64,000 nucleotides of DNA. Source: Haplodiscus bocki (taxonomy: Eukaryota). The first letter of the stretch is position 1. Each line of letters begins with the position of its first letter. The DNA lies in the NCBI GenBank assembly GCA_965655095.1, contig OZ296655.1, positions 34,844,001-34,908,000 on the forward strand. The letters run 5' to 3'. Both the position numbers and the translations under genes were made by a program. Below the pieces are notes generated by a model. The model ran no database searches. It had not been told where the DNA came from and saw only the letters and a list, made by a program, of their open reading frames with translations. Below are positions 51,801 through 64,000 of the stretch, piece after piece.

Positions 51801-52695
51801 AAAAGTTTATGTTAAACATGGAGTGATAGTGGACAAAATTCATGAAATAATTTCATGTAAACAAAGTAAGTGGTTGGATAATTATATAAATTTTAATACC
51901 CAGCAGAGAAATAGGGCTAGAAAAGGTTTTGAGAAAGACTTCTATAAATTACCTAATAACGCATTTTATGGAAAAGCAATGGAAAATGTACGAAATCGTT
52001 TGAGATTAGAATTTATTAAAAAACATGAATATAAGGAATTTATAAAACAACAGTCAAAAATAAAATTCAACGGAATTCTTGAACCATTTATGAAATTGTG
52101 ATAGTTATCTTTTTAAGAAAAATGAAGTTCTTATGAGTAAGCCAATTTTTTTAGGATTTGCTGTGTTACAATTAAGTAAATTACATATGTATGGAACATA
52201 TTATGATAAATTACAACCTTATTTTAGACAGGAAAATATGACACGGATGAATTCATATTAAGTGTAAAATTAAACGGTATTATCACAGACTTAAATAATT
52301 TGGAAGATAATTTTGATTGCACTAATTTAGATAAAAATCATGGAATAATAAGTATTAAAAACAAAAAAGTAATCGGTTTTTTCAAAATAGAAACTGCTGA
52401 AAAAAATTGGATTGATGAATTTGTTTGTCTAGAAAGTAGAATGTATTCGCTTAAATGTGAAGATGATAATAGAAAAAAATTGAAGGGTGTTTCTAAATCT
52501 CAATCAAAACATATTAAATTTGAAGAATATAAAAATTGTTTAGATGGTAAAAAATATCAAGAAAAATGTGAAACTTATATTTTAAGATCTGTTAATCATG
52601 AAATGTATCTTCAACAATTAAAAAGATTAACATCATCTATTTTCGATGACAAACGATGTTTTATAAATGAAACTGAAAGTATACCATGGAATTGA
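48847..52695 (+). pseudogene. pPolB, element C (zinc finger, putative terminal-protein/vOTU region, EndoVII-like insert, exonuclease, polymerase)
   Basis: DKYCFLWS..NHY, CHLTGEYKSPAHSNC, FHNFSNYD, RFIDSYRF, KSDVL, RGGISSV, YMDATNLYGHSMIQPLP, KDFYKLPNNAFYGKAMENVRNR, GFFKIE and DDKR. Confidence 0.93.
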
Positions 52696-52770
52696 AGTTA
52701 TTTTAATCGTCTCAAATTATCATAGTTTTATTGAAAAAGATTTTTCTTTCAAAAAATTTGTTACGAATTA

Positions 52771-53250
52771 TTGAATGAAAACGAATTATATGTTGTGAAA
52801 GAATACAAGTTTGATAACCCACTCATTACTGAAGTAGATTCTATAATAGATAAAGGTTTTAGAGACTGTCTTAAAAGTTATTTTCATAAGTTTAAGTATT
52901 ATTGTATCTGTGATAATAAACTTACAAATATCACTGATAATGAATTGTTTAATTTGACAATTAGTGTTAAAAGCATGAATTTGTATGAATTAAAGAGAAA
53001 ATTAAAAAATGCTAGACAAAATGAATTTATATTTAACCAAATAAACAAACTAACAATAAAAATCTGTTCGCTTTTACAATAAATATATATAAATAAGTTA
53101 TTATTTGAAATTGCCAATGCCGATGTGTCATAGACAAACTTTTAGAAAAATTTCCCAAAATCTAGAATTTTTATATAACTTTTGCAATGATAATAGAAAT
53201 AATCCTTTTCATTTTGCATGTTGGAATTACTTTTTAGACAATCAGAACAT
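52771..53250 (+). pseudogene. ORF W
   Basis: Homologous to 17866-18350, including the PMCH and NPF.F.C motifs. Confidence 0.65.
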
Positions 53251-53332
53251 CAAATTAGACAAATGAGTAAACACAATTTTATAATTTAACCTAATTTTAT
53301 AGTTTCACATAAATTTTTAGTTTTTATTATAA

Positions 53333-53412
53333 TTTCCTGAGTACTACCATTTATAAAACCATTCAAATTATTTTTTACAAAAAAAATTTCATCTTGTGTA
53401 CCCCCATTGATA
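53333..53412 (-). repeat. Right TIR remnant of element C
   Basis: Reverse complement tatcaatgggggtacacaagatgaaattt..tttgaatggttttataaatggtagtactcaggaaa matches 38153-38236. Confidence 0.85.
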
Positions 53413-53426
53413 AAAAAAGGAAAAAT

Positions 53427-53468
53427 AACCGGGAAACTCATGGAGCGATCTCCATGAGTTTCCCGGTT
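53427..53468. repeat. Perfect 19 bp hairpin with 4 nt loop
   Basis: aaccgggaaactcatggag-cgat-ctccatgagtttcccggtt. Confidence 0.95.
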
Positions 53469-53479
53469 TTCTGCAAGTA

Positions 53480-54125
53480 TGTTTCTCGCCAAGGAAAGGT
53501 ATAAATTGAAGAAACAAAAGTACAATTATTTTTATAGAAATTGCAACCTTTGAGTATTGGATCTCTCTTTAAAAAATCACTTTTGACTGTTTGAACCGTT
53601 GAAATTCTTTCCCTCAGATTTAGAGGAGACTTTTTCTTAATACAGAACAAAATAAATTCAGTCTTCACCACTGACAAAATTTTTCCTCAAGAAGTATGGC
53701 AACACTAAGAAACAAGAGAAAATTAGCAGCAGTTTCGAGAGAAACGCCCGAAGGCAGTAGAAGCAGTAGAACACAGAACGTAATTGACCCTGAACTAACT
53801 CAAGATTACATCTCCCAGGTCTCCGAGGAGATCGAGGGGAGAGTAACCAAGAAACTCTCTAAAGAATTAAACAAAACAGAGTCACGTATCTTGGGTGCCT
53901 TGTCGAAACTTGACGAGTTTCTTCTGAACCCACAAGTTCGGACTTGTTCCGTAGCTGTTCAAGGAACGTCCAGAAACGCTAATTCAGAAAACCGGGAAAC
54001 TCATGGGGATCGATCCTCAGACGATCCCTATCCCGAAGTGGGGTATTTTCCTCATCACTCTGGCCAACTCAATAGCCCAGAGGCAGAAACCAACTCGCAC
54101 ATGGTGATCGAAAAATACCCTCACA
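53480..54125 (+). mobile_element. Probable solo LTR (TG...CA) containing the start of a gag-like ORF
   Basis: Begins tgtttctcg and ends cctcaca. TATAAA near 53500, AATAAA near 53650 and ORF MATLRNKRKLAAVSRETPE at 53696. No clean target-site duplication (TSD). Confidence 0.55.
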
Positions 54126-54819
54126 ACTATAGTCACTGCTTCAAAAATAGGATTCAAAACATGCATTCCAATCAAAACGACTGACTTCAAGACCGAGCAG
54201 ATAATGTGCAGACTTGGACGAATATTGGCTAAAATTCAACTTTTTCCGCTGAGCAAAGTGCAGTATCCCTTAAACAGGGCTCATGTGCGCCTAATCCTGT
54301 CCTTCAATTTCAGTCACGCCAATTTAATACCCGAAAGACGTGATACGGGCAAAAATTGATTCAGATAAAACATACTATTTAAGTAACGTGTGTATAAAAC
54401 TGCAGCGTACTTTTATTATGGAGAACTGTTCGGATTGGAAGTTGAACTCAAATTAAAAACAAATCGGATGCAAACTTTTAACGTTTCAAACTATTGTTTG
54501 TCGTAATATAAGTTCAATAAAAATAGTGGAAGCGACAACAAAACGTCATATTGTAGTTTAAAATAGTGCTTCCAAAACGGCAGCAAACGGCCTTTATCGC
54601 TCATGGACAAGTAGTACTGGACCGAAGTTCAAATTCTCATAGTTTGAGTTCTTCAGATTTTGATCCAAATAGTCCAAAAAAGACTTACGAGTTTTCAAAT
54701 GGTAACCCAATCGTTGGAATGCATCCTATCTGTGGTCTTTTGAATCTTGGAGGTCAGTAGGTTTGCTGCAAACTGTTTCCTTAAGTTTACCGAATACATG
54801 TTCCGCATAATTTTCTCAT

Positions 54820-55110
54820 ATGGTGCTACATTGCGTTTGACTAGGCAGTTTTTGCTTACCTTTTGCCAGTCGGTGCTTTACTGAAAAGTGAAGAGTTCAA
54901 CTATCACGGTAACTTTTTTAAGACATCACTCACAAATCGAAACGATCAATTTTGCTTTCTTCGGCTCCTCCCACAGAGAGTCGCCTGCGGAAAGTACCAA
55001 ATGCTCGTGATAACTCCCTTGCAATTAGTGGACGTTTTTTGGAAGGCGAAAGCGGAGAGTTCTTGTTACAACATTTCATCTCTTCTCCCCAAAAAAGCCA
55101 ATAAAATATT
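54820..55110 (+). repeat. ~290 bp interspersed repeat, copy 2 (no Polinton insertion)
   Basis: ORFs 37764 and 54863 translate almost identically over ~80 codons. Confidence 0.85.
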
Positions 55111-56308
55111 ACTCCCCTCCCCCCCCACCAATTTTGTGATTATGTGTCACTCGAATAACGGCAACTTTTCCCGATATGCTTTTTGGGTGTAAAAATTAAC
55201 TGCTGATCTCGATTCAACGCAAACTTTGACACAAAAGTGTCGCGGGCATTTTTGGGAAAAAAAGAAATCGAATTTGGATTTTTTACTTGGTTCTAATTTT
55301 CACTCTCGCTGAGAGCAGTGCGTGACTAACGCTTCGTTTGTTGTTTGAATTAAAGCAACGGCTGCGGTGCGTCAGTTGTTTTATGAAAAAACAGAGCGAG
55401 TCTCTAGAGCTTTTATCTTCCTATTTTCGTTTCCTTGCTGGCTTGGCGAACAAAAATTGAGTAAGCTCAAAAGCAAGGATTTTATGAGCGATAAAAGGGA
55501 AACAGAAAAAAAGAAATTATTCAGCTTACACAGGAAACTAAAATGAGTTCAACCAAACTGAACTGCAAGTGGAAATCTGTGGGACTGAGTCACAGATAAC
55601 TGCTGGAGGGGAGATGGGAAATTGTGAAAAAGCATCAGTCTGACGTTATAAAACGTAAAAAGCAGTTACTTCACCATACAATTTCATCAATTGAAAACAG
55701 CATAATTCAACATCCCCTGTATAAAGCAATACATGTCCCCTTGTAAACATTATCTTCAAAATTAGCTCCAGCATTGAAACTTTCGAAAAAATAGTTGTTG
55801 CAAATATTCAACGGCTTTACAAATTGTTGAAAAATGGATGAATTTGAAATTTTTCTTTTCACTAAAAGATCACTTTCTTTTGAAAAATTCTTTGTAGTAA
55901 TCAAAAGATTGCAGAAAAAAATCACAATGTTGTTCAAAATTTTAAAAAACACATTAGCCAAAACTTTTCAGAATAATTCTGAAAAAGTGTTGAGCAAAAT
56001 CCGTTGTTAAAAACAATGACTATTTTCGAAGCTTTCGGCTCTGGCAAACAGTATGATATTTGCTTTTTCTAGCCCTGTTTTCTCAATTTACGTTTTTTAA
56101 GAGGTCCTGTGTTTTTACTTTTGAATCCAGATCCTATCTAATTTCTATTTCTATCGCTCAATCTACACTCAGTAACTAGTCATTTGACAACGACTGGTTG
56201 AAGATCTTCGTTTTTTTCCAAAGTTTCCGAACCGTGAATAAATCACGTTTGAAATTTTATCTAAGACTCAGGTAAATGCTCGTTTCGAGCGGTAACCTGG
56301 TACTGTTC

Positions 56309-59300
56309 TCGTACTCCTTTTTTCTCCAACCGAGACTACTGTTCGGCGGATTTCACGGTAGGGATTCATACAAAAAGCATTAGGACCGATCTGATAGATG
56401 TACTTATTCTGGACTGGAAAACGTTTTGACTAACGGATATACTGTTGATGGAGTCGCGTGATCTGCGAGTTTTTCTGGAACTATCGTTTCTTAAATCTGG
56501 CTTGCAATAGAATTGAGTGAGAAATTTTAAGTTAGAACAAGAAATGGAAGTCTTTTAGAAAGTTTGCAAAAAGGGACGGTTTCTGCGTGTTTAATCCGTA
56601 TCTAGAATTTTAAAATGAATTCTAAATTACCACGACAACAGACGAGGTGAGATTTGGCCTCCTCTGTAATGCTGATTCAATCTCTTTTGAGGAACCTCGT
56701 GAGAGTTGTGCAGTTTAAGATTCATTCTTGCTTCACAACCGAAGTTAGCCGATAGAATCCGTAAACGCCAATACCGGGGCTGGCGTTGGTGGACATTGTT
56801 TAGACTCCACTGGCAACAGTATGGAATAGGTGAGCAAAGAAGAGATTTTGTTTAAAGTCAGAAAAAAATGGACTTTGAAAAAATTTGTTTGTAAAATTGG
56901 AGTTGGACTTGGAATTTTCCGTCCAGGAAGAAGAAAGAAAAGAGGTATTTTCGACTCAGAAAAAATTTGTCCGCAGAAAAGAGAGAGGAGAAATTGGAAT
57001 TAGAAAAGGTTTGTCCAAGGGAGTAAAAATGAGAAAGGTAGTTGGACTTAGAATAACTCGGCCAAGTAAAGGTGAGAAGAAGAGGAAAGCAAGTCGGGAA
57101 AGGACTAACGAATCTCGTCCGTTGAGCGGGAAAGTTATGATCGAGTTGAGTTCGCAGATCGACTCCAAAAAAACAGCATGCTGCCATTTCATGCAACCAA
57201 CAAGAAATCGGCTTGTACCAAGCATGTTAGCAGATGAAGCCAATGGAAAAAGGTTGGTGTTAAAAGTTTTTTAAAATTATTTTTGTTCAACTCCAGTCGT
57301 CCATTTATTCCACCAGCTTTTTTACTTCCTTTTCATTTTTTGTTGCCCTTCACTTTCAGTACTACAAAAGGTTAGCTTTACCTAAAAAACGTTTAATTTG
57401 TTTAACGTTTAGGCGTTATGTGTAACGCGATACTAGTGACCTATTGGATGGCCCAATGTTGAAAATAAAATATTCGAATTGGGACCCACTCTCAGTCTAC
57501 CATCGCCCTCAAACGTCAATAAAAAGGTGATGCCGTACTGCTCGCGAAAGACAGCTAATTCTCCAATTTGTCGACTGAAGTTTCTTGAAAAAGGTTTGTT
57601 TTCAATCCCCAGTTTTCCCTGAAGTATCTATTATTCTCACCAAAAACAGAATTGCTAAAAGACTCAAGTCGTTAAAGCCAAATTTTTGGCTTTTTCAGAG
57701 TTTTTGATAAGTTCTCCATACGCTTTTGCAGTTTTTTGAACAACTGATTCTTTGGCAAACTTTCAGGAAGTTTTGCTCGCTCTTTCAAAATTTGACAAAA
57801 AATCTTTGTTGGCATCATTTTAGAAATTAAAGTGAAGTTTGTATTGAGATGGCAATTTTGGTTAATTTGGACACTTTCGATGTTTTCGCAGATTTTTACC
57901 AAAGTTTTTGAAAAGCGTGTTTTTGAAAACTATCGTCTTTTTCAGTAGCATCGTTTTCGGCATTTTCTTTCGTTCAATTAGATGCTTTTTTTATTACAAC
58001 AACAAATCTAAGACTCGATGTCGAGGAGGTCTGAATTTTTCGACAAGATTCAAACCTATTCGTTGTGGGTATTGTTTTTGCCGTGTGACAAAAATTCAAC
58101 AATGATTGTTGGTTCAGTTATCAAAGTTTTTTTAAAAAATGCCTGAAAAAATTTGGGTTGTTATGTTTTATGTTTTATGAAACAGTTACAAATATGTACG
58201 GTTTGTAATGTTTCAGCCGTTGTTTGAGGAAATTGGTTAAAGAGAAAAATTATACAGGAAATTACAAGTTGTCTGCACCAAATGTTTTTTGTTCTTCACG
58301 CCAAGACAATCAGAAAACACCATGCACCATGAACAATTGCCAAGCTTTTCGCAAGATTTTCGAAACATTTCAAAAAATCCAATATCTTGCCATAAATGCA
58401 AGATAATTCGAAAATTCTCAAGATCCTCATAAGAAGACCACGATTCTAATAATCGGTACGTTACTTCACTGCAATTTTTCGAAAGCTTGATTGTTGGGAC
58501 ATTTAGGTGAGCAGCGCGAAGCCTAATTGCAGAAAAAGACTTTTCGAAATGATTCCGCTTTTCACCGTCGGTGATATCCCTCTGGGTTTCAACTTACTAA
58601 ATTGATTTTTCTCGGCAGCTATTACTCGCATCTATCCGATTTTTGTGTAAACTTTATGGTGGATTCACGGTCTATTGTACTTTAAATTTTCACCCGCCAG
58701 AACTTTTTTATTGCGAGTTAATAGCGAACAGAATTTCAAATTCCAGATTTTATTGAGAACGAAGGCTACAGTTTTGAGTCCCGCCTTTTACATTAAGATC
58801 GGAAAAGTTAAATTTTTTGTGTTAATCTATAGAAAACCATTCAGTTAAACGCTGTCCTCTGATGATTTTGGCTGACTTCCTTCTGTCAGTTCTATTCAAA
58901 AAGAGCGGCAAATTTTGATTATTTTCGAAACAGATTTGACATTCCCCCTTGCCCACTGTGTTTTTTAAAATCTAGCTCATTTTCTACGAAGGCTTCTGTA
59001 AGATCTGCTTGCTTTTTGCTGAACTGCATTGTTGAGGTAGTAAGTCACCACGGCTGAACTTTTTCAGTGACCCAAAATTTTTCTCGTCGAAGAAAATTTA
59101 ACGGAAGCATTTGAAAACCCAAGACTTTTCAGAGGGCAAGTGTTCCTCTGTCGCACTTGTCTGGCCTAATGTCTGATATATGACAACCCAGTGCTAGTTA
59201 GGCGATATAAAATACAGCTCAAGTTGCGTTTGGTTTGTAACCGAAAGTTTTCTGACTTCTCCCCAAGACTCCGGCCGAAAGTTTTTTGGCAAGAACATAG

Positions 59301-59570
59301 TTTTCAAATAAAATTCTGCGTCATCTGAACTTTAGCCCACTCACTGTGCTTCAATTTGATGCATTTTATGTGAGTGGAGAAACAGTTTAAAGAATGTGGA
59401 CAATAATTGGTTTTGATGCACATTTCAACTCAGCGATATTTTACGGATTTTTTTGCCGAAAATTGTCAAAAAACAGGTTTCGTAAAACTTGTTGACTCTC
59501 GCAAAGACTTTTTGTCCTGTTGAAAAAACATTAAATTCAAACTGGGTTTCGTGAGCCTCATTGGATTGAT
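56309..59570 (+). repeat. Left arm of large inverted repeat
   Basis: Outer positions pair as p with 120309-p (56309/64000, 56885/63424, 57902/62407). Confidence 0.95.
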
Positions 59571-60749
59571 CAGATAAGCAGTCGAGGGGGTTTTAGGGTA
59601 CGCATTAGCGTAGACAAGTTGTCTGGTCAAATTGCTCCTTAGATTTGTAGCAATTTTTTTCAAGAAATTTATGCCCTTTGCGACAAATTGACTGCGACTC
59701 CCATCATCTGGAAATGGAACTCGAATGTGTGTCTCCTAAAAACCCGCATTATCTCCTCATTGTTATGTGACCTCCGGGTTTCGCGAAAAAAAATTTAGTT
59801 GCCTTTTCTGAGAAAAGTTATTGAGAAGTTAGGGCTTTTCGAAAAAATTTTTGTTTCCAGTTTAGTATTTGATCAGTTAACGCCCTGGTTGTCAACTTTC
59901 GGAAATTTGCTGCTCTGAGGCGGTTTTTTCCAAACAGTGGCTGGCTTTTGTTTACTTTTGACCTAGCAATAACTCTTTTTTGAGCTAACTTTTGTGTAAA
60001 CTTTGTATAGTTACCTTGAGCCTCCGCTGTTATTTCCTTTCGTTTCTCTCTGCCTAATCTCTCCGTTTTTTGCTACATGCTCTACGACATTTCATAAACG
60101 TGTGATCAGTGATGTAATGCAGAGGTTGAGTAATTTCGCGAGCTTTCCGGTAAGCACCTTAGCGCCTAAGTTTTTCATTTTTTTTCCAATTGGTAAGTTG
60201 AAGTTTTCTCATTTTCTGATAAACATAATAAAAATTTAATAACTTTTAAAAATATTTAATTTTATATAAGTAAATATGCTGAACCTCATCAAAAAGTCGA
60301 CTATGAAAAACACAGTTGAAGCTGTCATGGATACTTCCGGTGTCCTTTGAGTGCTTTTTCTCCAAATTTTCAAAAACTGGTTATGTTAAAATTCATCAAT
60401 TTTTCTAGTAGCGATTTCAATCTATTAACAAAAAAACACCGGCAATTAACTTGCTAATTTGAGTATTGGAACAACTTGATTCGTGATTTTTCCTCCTCAT
60501 TTTTTCCTCCAGTGGCTTACAATTTCAATGAAAAACTCTTTTATCAGGTCCTCTTCCGCAATTATTATCACCCTTCAGAAAACAATACAAAAATTCAGCC
60601 TCATCAGATATCTTTGATCACATTGATTTATTTTTGTCGAGCTTCTCGGTTCCTTAGTCGGTGCATAAGCAAAATTACTTCAAAGCCCAAGTCTTAATGT
60701 ACTTGGATTTTCAGCACGCTGAAAACAATTTCAACAAGCGACATAACAG

Positions 60750-63700
60750 GTTCAATCCAATGGACGTCACGACACCCAGTTTAAATTTATGGATCATACA
60801 AAAGGAAAAAAGTCTTTGCAGGAGTCAACAAGACTTACGAAACCTGTTTTTCGACAACTTTCGGCAAAAAAATCCATGAAAGATCGCTCAGAGTTGAAAT
60901 GTGCATCAAAATCAATTTTTGTCCACATTCTTTAAACTGTTTCTCAACTCACATAAAATGCATCAAATTGAAGCACAGTGAGTGGGCTAAAGTTCATATG
61001 ACGCAGAAATTTATTTGAAAACTCTGTTCTTTCCAAAAAACTTTCGGCCGGAGTCTTGTGGAGAAGTCAGAAAACTTTCGGTTACAAACCAAATGCAACT
61101 TGAGCTGTGTTTTATATGACCTAACTAGCATTGGGTTGCCGTATATTGGACACTAGGCCAGAGAAGTGCGACAGAGGAACATTTGCCCTCTGAAAATCTT
61201 GGGTTTTCAAATGCTTCCGTTAAATTTTCTTCGACGAAAAAAAGTTTGGGTCACTGAAAAAGTTCAGCCGTGGTGAATTACTACCTTACCATTGCAGTTC
61301 AGCAAAAAGCAAGCAGATCATACAGTAGCCTTCGTAGAAAATGAGCTAGAATATAAAAAACAGTGGGCAAGGGAGAATGTCAAATCTGTTTCGAAAATAA
61401 TCAAAATTTGCCGCTCTTTTTGAATAGAACTGACAGAAGAAAGTCAGCGAAAAACATCAGAGGACAGCGTTTAACTAAATGGTTTTCTATAGATTACCAC
61501 AAAAACATTAGCATTTCCGATCTTAATGTAAAAATCGGGACTCAAATCTGTAGCCTTCGTTCTCAAAAATATCTGGACCCTGAAAATCTGTTCACTAATA
61601 ACGGCAATAAAATAGATTTGGCGGCTGAAAGTTTGAAGTCTGATAGATCGTAAACACGTAATAAGGTTGATACAAAAATTGGATAAATGCGACTAATGAG
61701 TTCCGAGACAAATCGGTTTAATAAGATGAAACTCAGAGGGATATCACGCACGGTGAAAAGCGGAATCAGTTTGACAAGTCTTTGTGCAGGTAGGCTTCGT
61801 GCTGCTCGCCCAGATGTCGTAACAGTCGGGCTTTGAAAAGTTGCAGTGAAGTAACGTACCCATTATTGGAATCGTGGTCTTCTTGCGAGCATCTTAAGAT
61901 TTTTCGAATTATCTTGCATTTACGGCAAGATATTGGATTTTTTGAATTGTTTCGAAAATCTTGCGAAAAGCTTGGCAATTGTTCATGGTGCTTTCTGATT
62001 GTCTTGGCAAGTGGAACAAAATAATCTGGGGGCAGACAACTTATATTTTACTGTATAACCTTTTCCTTTCACCAGTTTCCTTATACAACGGCTGAAACAT
62101 TCCAAACCGTACATATTTGTAACTGTTTCATAAAACATAAAACATAAGAACCCAAATTTTTTCAGGCATAGTTAAAAAAAAACTTTGATGACTGAACCAA
62201 CAATCATTGTTGAATTTTTGTCACACGGCAAAAACATTACCCACAACGAATAGGTTTGAATCTTGTCGAAAAATTAAGACCTCCTCGACATCGAGTCTTA
62301 GATTTGTTGTTGTAATAAAAAAAACTTCTAATTGAACGAAAGAAAATGCAGAAAACGATGCTACTGAAAAAGACGATAGTTTTCAAAAACACGCTTTTCA
62401 AAAACTTTGGTAAAAATCTGCGAAAACGTCGAAAGTGTCCAAATTAACCAAAATTGCCATCTCAATACAAACTTCATTTTAATTTCTGAAATGATGCCAA
62501 CAAAGATTTTTTGTCAAATTTTGAAAGAGCGAGCAAAACTTCCTGAAAGTTTGCCAAAGAATCAGTTGTTCAAAAAACTGCAAAAGCGTATGGAGAACTT
62601 ATCAAAAACTCTGAAAAAGCCAAAAATTTGGCTTTAACGACTTGAGTCTTTTAGCAATTCTGTTTTTGGTGAGAATAATAGATACTTCAGGGAAAACTGG
62701 GGATTGAAAACAAACCTTTTTCAAGAAACTTCAGTCGACAAATTGGAGAATTAGCTGTCTTTCGCGAGCAGTACGGCATCACCTTTTTATTGACGTTTGA
62801 GGGCGATGGTAGACTGAGAGTGGGTCCCAATTCGAATATTTTATTTTCAACATTGGGCCATCCAATAGGTCACTAGTATCGCGTTACACATAACGCCTAA
62901 ACGTTAAACAAATTAAACGTTTTTTAGGTAAAGCTAACCTTTTGTAGTACTGAAAGTGAAGGGCAACAAAAAATGAAAAGGAAGTAAAAAAGCTGGTGGA
63001 ATAAATGGACGACTGGAGTTGAACAAAAATAATTTTAAAAAACTTTTAACACCAACCTTTTTCCATTGGCTTCATCTGCTAACATGCTTGGTACAAGCCG
63101 ATTTCTTGTTGGTTGCATGAAATGGCAGCATGCTGTTTTTTTGGAGTCGATCTGCGAACTCAACTCGATCATAACTTTCCCGCTCAACGGACGAGATTCG
63201 TTAGTCATTTCCCGACTTGCTTTCCTCTTCTTCTCACCTTTACTTGGCCGAGTTATTCTAAGTCCAACTACCTTTCTCATTTTTACTCCCTTGGACAAAC
63301 CTTTTCTAATTCCAATTTCTCCTCTCTCTTTTCTTCGGACAAATTTTTTCTGAGTCGAAAATACCTCTTTTCTTTCTTCTTCCTGGACGGAAAATTCCAA
63401 GTCCAACTCCAATTTTACAAACAAATTTTTTCAAAGTCCATTTTTTTCTGACTTTAAACAAAATCTCTTCTTTGCTCACCTATTCCATACTGTTGCCAGT
63501 GGAGTCTAAACAATGTCCACCAACGTCAGCCTCGGTATTGGCGTTTACGGATTCTATCGGCTAACTTCGGTTGTGAAGCAAGAATGAATCTTAAACTGCA
63601 CAACTCTCACGAGGTTCCTCAAAAGAGATTGAATCAGCATTACAGAAGAGGCCAAATCTCACCTCGTCTGTTGTCGTGGTAATTTAGAATTCATTTTAAA

Positions 63701-64000
63701 ATTCTAGATACGGATTAAACACGCAGAAACCGTCCCTTTTTGCAAACATTCTAAAAGACTTCCATTTCTTGTTCTAACTTAAAATTTCTCACTCAATTCT
63801 ATTGCAAGCCAGATTTAAGAAACGATAGTTCCAGAAAAACTCGCAGATCACGCGACTCCATCAACAGTATATCCGTTAGTCAAAACGTTTTCCAGTCCAG
63901 AATAAGTACATCTATCAGATCGGTCCTAATGCTTTTTGTATGAATCCCTACCGTGAAATCCGCCGAACAGTAGTCTCGGTTGGAGAAAAAAGGAGTACGA
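60750..64000 (-). repeat. Right arm of large inverted repeat, continuing beyond the window
   Basis: Mirror ORFs of 129, 112, 95 and 76 aa are nearly identical to those of the left arm. Confidence 0.95.

Larger units (their letters stand above)
38012..53412 (+). mobile_element. Polinton/Maverick-like element C, near full length, major capsid deleted
   Basis: Starts AGTAGT and has inverted subterminal repeats at both ends. Carries protease, two pentons, ATPase, integrase fragment and pPolB. Confidence 0.92.

Noticed and set aside
1-53250. Alternative genetic code explaining the in-frame stops
   Set aside because: All three stop codons occur together with many frameshifts and deletions, consistent with decay. 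Some homopolymer indels could be sequencing errors.
56858-57902. ORFs of 129, 112, 95 and 76 aa (and their mirrors) as genes
   Set aside because: They overlap on both strands and show no recognisable domain. Their duplication is explained by the inverted repeat.

Overview
AT-rich eukaryotic, repeat-dominated DNA with no confidently identifiable host gene. Most of the window is a cluster of three decayed Polinton/Maverick (adintovirus-like) endogenous DNA elements, read by hand across many frameshifts and stops. Element A (1-~18.4 kb) is a head-to-tail array of a ~7.06 kb subgenomic unit: truncated packaging ATPase, ORF X, major capsid, integrase, ORFs Y and Z, and pPolB. The units are joined by a recurring pPolB-to-ATPase junction. 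Element B (~20.5-31.6 kb) is a more GC-rich, differently ordered element with ATPase, integrase, minor capsid, core-like protein, major capsid, protease and a pPolB on the minus strand. Element C (38,012-53,412) is nearly full length, with an AGTAGT start, terminal inverted repeat (TIR) remnants, protease, two minor capsid paralogues, ATPase and pPolB, but its major capsid is deleted. A and C share gene order and both pPolB-flanking genes yet carry very different pPolB types, which suggests a polymerase swap. The window also holds a BEL/Pao fragment, an RTE-like LINE 3' end, two LTR-like ORF-bearing repeats, several tandem repeats and an inverted repeat with arms over 3.2 kb that runs off the right edge. 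Coordinates of decayed genes are approximate.
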